Part shown: piece after piece, positions 35,701 through 42,777 of the stretch
Position numbering within the stretch: the first letter of the stretch is position 1
How the letters are laid out: every line of letters begins with the position of its first letter
Virus record (IMG/VR): IMGVR_UViG_3300030061_000751
Location: 1 to 57,402 of that record
DNA: 57,402 nucleotides
From: a virus
Lineage: Duplodnaviria > Caudoviricetes
Direction: 5' to 3' (one strand)
The notes under the pieces: generated by a model
What the model was told of the DNA's origin: nothing
Database searches by the model: none
What the model saw: the letters and a program-made list of their open reading frames with translations, nothing else
Program-made: the position numbers and the translations under genes

Positions 35701-36597
35701 TTATGCGGCCTGTTGAAGTTCGACATCATCAGAGAATGAGTCGAGATGCTCGTATGCCGCCTGAGCTAGCTTGGCGGCGCGGTAGATGGCCTTGCTGTCA
35801 TCACGCAGAGCCTGCATCCAGCTCTTGAGGTAGATGGCATGGTCAGGGCGAGGTGTCTGCTCCAGACCGTGAGCCGCGCAGGCGAAGGTTGCAGTGAGTT
35901 CAGCGACCAATTCTTCGAACCCATAGTCGGCACTGCCAAACCTGCCAGATTGGTCACGGTCAAGCTGTGAGGTGTGGCCTGTTGCATGACCAAACTCATG
36001 AAACAGAGTGCCATACGCGGTGCAGGTTGCGGTGGCATCGCCGATGCTGACAAATGAATCGAAATCAGGCATCCCGATGTGGTGCAGGGCGGGGTTGTAG
36101 TAAGCGCCAGACTGCCCGTATTTGACAGCAGGCATCCCCATGCCCACCCGTGCATTCTCAAGCCACTGGTCAATCTCAGCGACACGCTCGACGGGGTTGA
36201 GCACTGGGGTGGCGTCCAGCTCGGGAGCGCCGTCTACCTGCTCGGCATTGAATACCGTGTACACCTTGGCAAACGGTATCTTTTTCTTTGAGCCGTCATC
36301 TTCTTCGATGTCGAGCATCTTAAAGAAGATGATCTTAGTGCCGCTCTCGCCCTTGCGGACCTGAGCATTGAGTGACTTCCACTGCTTGTAGGTAGCCCAG
36401 CGGGTATCGGTAAAGGTGGAGAGCATCATCAGCACGATCTGATTGATGCCCTTGTAGGCGTTGCCGCTGACAATGTTGGTCTGCAAGCCTGCGGAGGTGT
36501 TGGTGAAAAACGGCTTGGTGTAGTCGCTCAGGCTCACCTCTTCGAGCTGTGCCAATACGGTGTTGGTGACTACTTCATACGCTGTTTGCTTTGCCAT
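35701..36597 (-). CDS. ardC: ArdC-family antirestriction protein (ssDNA-binding domain plus zincin metallopeptidase-like domain)
   Basis: Y.GIN, WATYKQW...A.VRKGE.G, YTVFNAEQ, AYY.P..H.I.MP, HEFGHATGH..L.R, Y..EELVAE, HA.YL.SW...L..D. Start moved to ATG 36597. Confidence 0.92.
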   Translation of the reverse strand: MAKQTAYEVVTNTVLAQLEEVSLSDYTKPFFTNTSAGLQTNIVSGNAYKGINQIVLMMLSTFTDTRWATYKQWKSLNAQVRKGESGTKIIFFKMLDIEEDDGSKKKIPFAKVYTVFNAEQVDGAPELDATPVLNPVERVAEIDQWLENARVGMGMPAVKYGQSGAYYNPALHHIGMPDFDSFVSIGDATATCTAYGTLFHEFGHATGHTSQLDRDQSGRFGSADYGFEELVAELTATFACAAHGLEQTPRPDHAIYLKSWMQALRDDSKAIYRAAKLAQAAYEHLDSFSDDVELQQAA

Positions 36598-36623
36598 GAT
36601 CGGTGACTCCTCAGTCATCAGGG

Positions 36624-36686
36624 TGGATTCCCATGACGCCCCGTGGGGCGTTTCGGCCTGTATCCAGCAGGCCATCATCAGATGGG
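36624..36686 (-). ncRNA. Type I hammerhead ribozyme (HHR-2) with loop II pseudoknot
   Basis: CCCAU CUGAUGA U GGCCUG-CUGGAUA-CAGGCC GAA ACGCCC-CACG-GGGCGU C^ AUGGG AAUCCA; predicted cut between 36635 and 36634. Confidence 0.92.
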
Positions 36687-37076
36687 TTAGGCGGCGTCCA
36701 CTTCGACACCTTCATAGGTATCAGCGAACACGGTACGCACAGCGGCCTGCGAGGCTTTAGCCTCAGACCATCTGCGCTTCTTCGCGGCGTGCTTTGGGGT
36801 GCGGGTGCGACTGAACTGCACCGGCTTCAGCGGATCGTCGGTGTAGCTGTCATCATCAACCTTGCCATACAGGCCGCGATGATCAGCAATCCACGCGCCG
36901 TCATACTCGGTGACATCGTAGATTGCAGAGTAGATGTTGACCTCGGACAGATCGTAGTAGGTAGTCCAATCTGTCAAGGCCATGAGCATCTGCTCGACTG
37001 CCTCGCACGGTGTGTCACCGTATCCCCATGAAGAACCGCCGCCGATTGAAACGAAAGAAAGGTATTGCGTTTTCAT
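36687..37076 (-). CDS. Hypothetical protein (first early ORF)
   Basis: SD motif TGACTGAGGAGTCA; its stop abuts HHR-2 stem I. Confidence 0.7.
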   Translation of the reverse strand: MKTQYLSFVSIGGGSSWGYGDTPCEAVEQMLMALTDWTTYYDLSEVNIYSAIYDVTEYDGAWIADHRGLYGKVDDDSYTDDPLKPVQFSRTRTPKHAAKKRRWSEAKASQAAVRTVFADTYEGVEVDAA

Positions 37077-37096
37077 ATTTGACTCCTCAGTCAGTT

Positions 37097-37390
37097 ATGA
37101 GTGGGGTTGAGCGAAAGTGCTCACGCATACCCAACGCGCTCGGCGGTGGGCATGGTGTGAAAACTCTCTGATCAGCCACTCCACCCTACAGCGCAGGTAT
37201 GGGATAGCTGATGCATCAATGCGGGGTCAGTGATGCGCTGACTGTCACCCTGCTGGTAGGCATGAGGTGCCGCTTGCTTGCTCAAGACAGGACGGCTTGA
37301 ATCGCCCCGAAGTTGGCCGTGTGGTTTGTAGGCCCACCCCTGCGGGCGTAAGGTGCCCCGTATCCCCCAACCTCGTTATCAGGTTGGTGT
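37097..37390 (-). ncRNA. Candidate large multi-pseudoknot structured RNA (~290 nt)
   Basis: No ORF in the track; about 12 nested stems and 6 crossing pairings identified by hand (see findings). Confidence 0.75.
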
Positions 37391-37394
37391 GGTA

Positions 37395-37423
37395 ACGCTA
37401 CAGGATGCAAAGTCATAAAACAA
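37395..37423 (-). promoter_or_regulatory. Candidate sigma70 promoter for the early transcript
   Basis: TTGTTT-17 nt-TAGCGT; predicted start falls just before the first hairpin of the RNA. Confidence 0.4.
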
Positions 37424-37498
37424 CACCCTGAGACAAATGATTTTCAGACAAGTCTTATGACTATATATAGCAAATTAAATTGCGAGCAGTGGGGAAAG

Positions 37499-37586
37499 GT
37501 GTTGACACAGTGATGAGAAGTGTGATTGCGATCATGAATCACGTAAGTCATTGATATGTCAGGAATTAAAAAGTGTTGACAAAGTG
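37499..37586. promoter_or_regulatory. Direct repeat GTGTTGACA(C/A)AGTG x2
   Basis: Copies at 37499-37512 and 37573-37586, each containing TTGACA. Confidence 0.55.
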
Positions 37587-37603
37587 TAATTTACCAAAAA
37601 ACA

Positions 37604-37619
37604 CTGTATATACATACAG
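37604..37619. promoter_or_regulatory. LexA (SOS) box, gamma/betaproteobacterial type
   Basis: CTGT-ATATACAT-ACAG, one mismatch from the E. coli consensus CTGTATATATATACAG; lies in the divergent control region. Confidence 0.75.
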
Positions 37620-37819
37620 GTCTCTAAATGGCCCGTGAGCGGCTTTTAAGGGGTTACCCCTTGCGTTGGTATTGGTGACAGCTAATCGCTCCCACAGCGC
37701 TTCCTATGGCCCTTGTCGAGGGTGTGACTGTTTTTGGGTACTTCTTAGCTTTTTGTAGGAAAGTGGTTGATTTCGGGGTCATGGTATGCTGGGGGTATTG
37801 AATCAGTGAGGTGATCATC

Positions 37820-38299
37820 ATGGGTAAGACACGGGACAATTTGACTCCGAAGATGTTGCATTTTTGCCGATGCGTTGCCGCAGGCATGGCGTATGCCGAT
37901 GCGTACAGAGAATCGCACGCCGTTACTGCAACAGGGAAGAGCGCGACACACAGAGAGGCGGCGAGCAGGTTGATGGCGAGGGCTGACATAAGGGCAAGGG
38001 TGGACGCCTTAGTGAAGCAGAGAGAGCGGTCTGTACTAGCCTCTGCCCTTTCAGACAGAGAGAGAGTGCTATCGAAGCTCAGGCACTGGCTTGATCACGC
38101 AGAGAGCGGTGACTCGAACCGCATCAGGAGTGCTGAGTTGCTCGGCAAGTCAGTCGGCCTATTCAAAGATGTGGTGGAGACTACCGACAGCCGGAGCAGT
38201 GAGGAGCTGTTGGCCGAGCTGGACGCAATGCTGGAGCAGACCGAGCCAGACCAGCCGGAAGCCGAGCGGGATCAGCCGGAGTCTGGCCAGCTCCACTGA
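37820..38299 (+). CDS. terS: Terminase small subunit
   Basis: LTPK...F......G....DAYR, ASRL.....I..R, E.VL..L, AELLGK..GLF; RBS GAGGTG before ATG 37820. Confidence 0.8.
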   Translation: MGKTRDNLTPKMLHFCRCVAAGMAYADAYRESHAVTATGKSATHREAASRLMARADIRARVDALVKQRERSVLASALSDRERVLSKLRHWLDHAESGDSNRIRSAELLGKSVGLFKDVVETTDSRSSEELLAELDAMLEQTEPDQPEAERDQPESGQLH

Positions 38300-38622
38300 A
38301 AAAATCTGGGGCAAGGCCGAGCCGTCCATAGTACCACCAGCCGACCCCCACCCCCCCCTGACGCTGACGCCACGTTGCATATGTATATACAGTGATCTGC
38401 TCAAAAAATGAGCTAATTTTGGACTTTGTCTTACTGTCACACTGTCTAATCGGGGGGATTTTGCTCAGAAAACGCCCTAGGAGTCCCACTACCCCCCACT
38501 TTTCTACAAAAATTTGCCCAAAATGCCAAAAATTACCAAAAAAGCGGTAAAAACCACTGTCTAACTGTAGATTTGTGCCTGTCAAGGGGGTATATTCTGT
38601 ACAATCCGAGGGGTATTTCTAC

Positions 38623-38750
38623 CTAGTAATTTTCTAGGTCTAGAAATCTCCTAGAACTAGGACTGTTCTGGCCTAGTAATTACCTAAGTTTGTTTTTTAT
38701 AGGAATGTTCTAGCTAGAACCTTCCTAGACCTAGGATATTACTAGGGGGA
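38623..38750. repeat. Array 2 of CTAG-N7-CTAG boxes (7 units)
   Basis: Units at 38623, 38640, 38657, 38673, 38699, 38714 and 38731. Confidence 0.88.
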
Positions 38751-38783
38751 ACACCCTATTTGCGCCCATAGTGGAGAATTTTT

Positions 38784-40265
38784 ATGCCTGTAGCAGGTGA
38801 AGTGGTCCAGTTAAACCCAGATGGGACGGTGCCGGAGGGGGCGTATTACAATCCTGCGGCTGGCGTAGCAATGGTAATACCCGGCGGCATACTCGATACG
38901 GGTGACAGTCCTTCAACCACGGGTTCGGGTGATGTCTTGGAACTAACGCCTATCGTGGACGCAGAAGGCAATACAGTTTCATCTACAGACTACGACTCTG
39001 GAAACTTTGTAGGTGTCGCCAGTCCCGGCAATCAGGGCAATGTCCCAGTCACAACACTGGAAGCCATGCAGGGGGTGTATGTAGACAAGCTGGGCCGCAC
39101 CGGAACGCCAGAGAACGTGATTAACTGGGTCAATGCCGTTAATGCTGGGCAGATGACCTTTGATGAGGCCGTGGCTGGCATTGCGAACTCAGCAGAGGGG
39201 CAAGCCTACGCCGCAAGTCAGGCCGCTGGTGCAGACGCAAACGCAGACGCAAACGCAGACGCAGACGCTGATACTGGTATGCCGGGTCCGCCAGACGGAG
39301 ACGATGTGCTAGACGCTACAACAAATGGGGCGCCGCCACCCGTCAATACCAACTTCAACCCTCTGATACAGCAGTATTATCAGGAATTGTTCAATCGTCA
39401 GGCGCAACAGCCGGGGCTTGATTACTTCTCAGGCAGACTAGGGTCTGGTGCCCTCACTGAGGAAGGGTTGCGGGATGCCATCATCTCTGGCGCTACAGGA
39501 ACAGATAAGCTTTACTACGATTCTTCTCAGGCGTATGGCCCCGTATTTGACGCAACACAGTCATTGTTTGGCAGACGACCCGCAAGGGGAAGATACAACC
39601 CAGAGACAGGACAGCTTGAGGGCGGATTTGGGCAGTACAGGAGACAGCTTGACGCAGGAGAACTGACGCCCGAACAGCTTAGAGGCAGGCTAGTACAGCT
39701 TGCCTATAATCGTGGCGAAGGTGGAGGGCAAAGCGGAGACTACCAAAACTACCTCAACACGCTAGGCATAGACCGGGCAAACAATCCATTCCTGCAAGAT
39801 GATGGCACTTACGCCAATGTCGCTTATGGCAGTGATCTGAGTCAGTACCAGCCAGACCCCGGAATGCCTGCTCCGCCACCCGGAAGCAATCTACCGCTCC
39901 CCGGAGAAGGAACACCCTTTCCGATGCCCGGCCCCACGCCGCCCAGAATGCCCGGAAAAGGTGGCGGAATGCCCGGAAGAATGCCCGGTCAGTACATTAC
40001 AGGCAACCAGCTTTACTCCGGTATGCCTTATGGCATGAGTCAGCCTATGGGTATGTTCGCGCAACCGATGATATATCAGCCCCCGCAGTTTTCTGAGCAA
40101 TATATGCCTAACCGTGGGTTGATGTCTGGATACTCGACGGGCTTTGGGTCTTACGGCGGCTATCGAAGACCCAGATTTGGTGGCGGTAAAGGCGGCTTGA
40201 GAACCAGACCAATTTACCCGATGGGTGGAGGAAAGGGTGGATTCGGAGGCGGTTTCGGCTACTGA
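38784..40265 (+). CDS. Protein with DUF4214-like repeats and P/G/M-rich tail
   Basis: Y...LGR.......NW........T.......ANS.E and YQELFNR.....GLDYF; ADAN repeat at ~39231-39269. Confidence 0.65.
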   Translation: MPVAGEVVQLNPDGTVPEGAYYNPAAGVAMVIPGGILDTGDSPSTTGSGDVLELTPIVDAEGNTVSSTDYDSGNFVGVASPGNQGNVPVTTLEAMQGVYVDKLGRTGTPENVINWVNAVNAGQMTFDEAVAGIANSAEGQAYAASQAAGADANADANADADADTGMPGPPDGDDVLDATTNGAPPPVNTNFNPLIQQYYQELFNRQAQQPGLDYFSGRLGSGALTEEGLRDAIISGATGTDKLYYDSSQAYGPVFDATQSLFGRRPARGRYNPETGQLEGGFGQYRRQLDAGELTPEQLRGRLVQLAYNRGEGGGQSGDYQNYLNTLGIDRANNPFLQDDGTYANVAYGSDLSQYQPDPGMPAPPPGSNLPLPGEGTPFPMPGPTPPRMPGKGGGMPGRMPGQYITGNQLYSGMPYGMSQPMGMFAQPMIYQPPQFSEQYMPNRGLMSGYSTGFGSYGGYRRPRFGGGKGGLRTRPIYPMGGGKGGFGGGFGY

Positions 40266-40266
40266 G

Positions 40267-40518
40267 ATGCGCCGCAACTACCGCAAGGAATACGACAACT
40301 ACCAAGCCAAGCCCAAACAGCGCCGAAACAATGACAAGCGGAAAGCCGCTAGGCGCTTGATGGAGAAGGAAGGCAGGGTTAAGAAGGGTGACGGCAAAGA
40401 CGTAGCCCACAAGAAACCACTGGCAAAGGGCGGCTCTAATAAGAAGGGCAACTTGAAAGTGGCGAACAGATCAAAGAACAGGTCATTTAAGCGTACTAAA
40501 ACAGCACGGATGGCGTAA
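40267..40518 (+). CDS. Small HNH-like protein adjacent to terL
   Basis: DV.HKKPL.KGGSN...NL.V.....NR. Confidence 0.7.
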   Translation: MRRNYRKEYDNYQAKPKQRRNNDKRKAARRLMEKEGRVKKGDGKDVAHKKPLAKGGSNKKGNLKVANRSKNRSFKRTKTARMA

Positions 40519-42026
40519 TGTCAGACCTAATCACGCCCGAACTAGCTAAGAAGCTAAAGGGCGCATCTCCAGAGATGAGGCTTAGGGCCGCAGAGCTTCT
40601 GGAGAAAGCAAAGCAGGCAGAAGAGATAGAAAAGGCACAGACCTCTTATATGGGGTTTGTGAAGCACATGTGGCCTGCATTTATTGAAGGCAGGCATCAC
40701 AAGATTATGGCAGAGGCGTTTGAGCGCATTGCTAGAGGCGAACTGAAGCGCCTGATCGTGAATATGCCGCCACGCCACACCAAGTCTGAGTTTGCTTCTT
40801 TCTTGCTACCGGCATGGTTCTTGGGCCAGATGCCTGAGAAGAAAATCATTCAGACGGCGCACACCGCTGAATTATCTGTCGGTTTCGGCAGAAAGGTGCG
40901 AAACCTTGTGGATTCGGATGACTTCAAGAAGGTCTTTCCTAGTCTACAACTAAGAGCAGACTCAAAGGCGGCGGGACGCTGGAGCACCAACAAGAATGGC
41001 GAATACTTCGCTATCGGTGTTGGCGGTGCGGTAACAGGTAAAGGTGCCGATCTGTTGATTATTGACGACCCTCACTCAGAGCAGGAGGGCCAGTCAGCAG
41101 ACCCAGCCGTGTTTGACCGGACGTATGACTGGTACACATCTGGGCCTCGACAGCGTCTTCAGCCGGGAGGCGCTATTGTTATTGTAATGACGCGCTGGCA
41201 TATGCGTGATTTGACCGGCAAGATTATTAAGTCTTCTGCTCAACGGGTAGGTTCCGATGAGTGGGAGCTAATAGAGTTTCCAGCCATCATGCCGTCAGGA
41301 AAACCCCTGTGGCCTGAGTTCTGGAGCCAAACGGAGCTTGAGGCTCTGCGGAGCGAACTGCCCTCCCCCAAGTGGAACGCGCAGTACCAGCAAAACCCAA
41401 CCGCCGAAGAAGGCGCACTGATCAAGAGAGAATGGTGGAAAAGGTGGGAGCCTGACTATCCGCCGCAATGTGAGTTCGTGATTCAGTCATGGGACACAGC
41501 TTTCTTGAAAACCCAACGGGCAGACTACTCTGCCTGCACAACGTGGGGCGTGTTTTATCACCCCGACGATGACGGCCTATCACAGCCGAATATCATCCTA
41601 TTGGATGCCTACAAAGAACGTCTGGAGTTTCCTGAGCTAAAGAAAACGGCTTACGAGATGTGGAGTGAGATGCAACCAGACGCATTTATCGTGGAAGGAA
41701 AGGCGGCAGGGATGCCGCTTATTTTTGAACTACGGGCGATGGGGATTCCGGTTTCGGAATACACCCCCTCGCGTGGTAACGACAAGATAGCAAGGGTAAA
41801 CGCTGTTGCTGACTTGTTTGCTTCTGGCAACGTATGGGCGCCAGAGACACGATTCGCTGAAGAAGTCATTGAGGAATTTGCCGCGTTCCCTGCTGGGGAG
41901 CATGACGACCTTGTGGACTCTTCAACGCAAGCACTTCTCCGTTTCAGGCAGGGCGGCTTTGTATCGCTCCACACTGACGAGGAAGATGACTTTGACCCCC
42001 ACGGGAGGGTGGCAAACTATTACTGA
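40518..42026 (+). CDS. terL: Terminase large subunit
   Basis: NMPPRHTKS, LLIIDDP, MTRW, YQQNP, SWDTA and HDDLVD motifs. Confidence 0.95.
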   Translation: MSDLITPELAKKLKGASPEMRLRAAELLEKAKQAEEIEKAQTSYMGFVKHMWPAFIEGRHHKIMAEAFERIARGELKRLIVNMPPRHTKSEFASFLLPAWFLGQMPEKKIIQTAHTAELSVGFGRKVRNLVDSDDFKKVFPSLQLRADSKAAGRWSTNKNGEYFAIGVGGAVTGKGADLLIIDDPHSEQEGQSADPAVFDRTYDWYTSGPRQRLQPGGAIVIVMTRWHMRDLTGKIIKSSAQRVGSDEWELIEFPAIMPSGKPLWPEFWSQTELEALRSELPSPKWNAQYQQNPTAEEGALIKREWWKRWEPDYPPQCEFVIQSWDTAFLKTQRADYSACTTWGVFYHPDDDGLSQPNIILLDAYKERLEFPELKKTAYEMWSEMQPDAFIVEGKAAGMPLIFELRAMGIPVSEYTPSRGNDKIARVNAVADLFASGNVWAPETRFAEEVIEEFAAFPAGEHDDLVDSSTQALLRFRQGGFVSLHTDEEDDFDPHGRVANYY

Positions 42027-42777
42027 CATCAATCGCTGGCACGGCTTTGTTGATAATCTGGAGCGCAAACTGCGCCCGATGTTTAGGCGGCACTCCAAGC
42101 TAGGAGGCCTAGCCTACTTCGACAACAAAGACTTTCCGATTGCCCACAAGCTGGAAGAAAACTACTTCGTGATACGCGGAGAGTTCGATCAGGTGAGACA
42201 GCGGTTGCAGGACTTTCCGTTGTTCCAAGATATAAGTCCCGAGCAGACCTATATATCGGATGACGATAAGTGGAGGATGTTCTTCCTCAAGGCGAACAAC
42301 ATACGCTTTGAGAAGAACTGCGAGATGTTTCCCAAGACGATGGCGGTTGTCGAGAGCGACAAAAATATCGTTTCGGCCTATTTCTCCATCCTCGACTCAA
42401 ACAAGATGCTTGTACCCCATGAGGGGCCGTGGTCTGGGGTGCTGAGAATGCACCTTGGCGTGGACATACCCACAGATGGAAAGGGATGTGTGCTGTCTGT
42501 GATGGGCAGAGAGTATCGTTGGAAGACCGGCAAGGTCGTTATATTTGACGATACCTACGAGCATTTTGCGATCAACCTGACGGATAACATCAGGGTGGTC
42601 TTGTTTATGGATTATCTTAGGCCACTCCCGTTGCCTCTGCATTGGTTGAACAAGTTTTGCATCTACATAGGGCGATTCTTGCCGTACTACAAAGTACCGA
42701 TCCAGCGGCATAAGGCGTGGGAACGGAGGTTTTACGGCGAAGATGGCATTCCTGCAAAGCAACATTCCGCACTTTAA
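41986..42777 (+). CDS. Aspartyl/asparaginyl beta-hydroxylase family 2OG-Fe(II) dioxygenase (LpxO-related)
   Basis: FS.L.......PH.G....LR.HLG, W..G....FDDTYEH...N....RVVL..D. Start uncertain. Confidence 0.85.
   Translation: MTLTPTGGWQTITDINRWHGFVDNLERKLRPMFRRHSKLGGLAYFDNKDFPIAHKLEENYFVIRGEFDQVRQRLQDFPLFQDISPEQTYISDDDKWRMFFLKANNIRFEKNCEMFPKTMAVVESDKNIVSAYFSILDSNKMLVPHEGPWSGVLRMHLGVDIPTDGKGCVLSVMGREYRWKTGKVVIFDDTYEHFAINLTDNIRVVLFMDYLRPLPLPLHWLNKFCIYIGRFLPYYKVPIQRHKAWERRFYGEDGIPAKQHSAL

Noticed and set aside
36598-36678. N-terminal extension of ArdC shown in the ORF track
   Set aside because: The extension runs through HHR-2; the SD motif supports ATG 36597.
37499-37600. The two TTGACA hexamers as complete rightward promoters
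   Set aside because: No acceptable -10 element at 16-18 bp; kept only as a direct repeat.
38377-38392. Second LexA box (GCATATGTATATACAG)
   Set aside because: Only the right half-site matches; the CTG half is missing at the required spacing.
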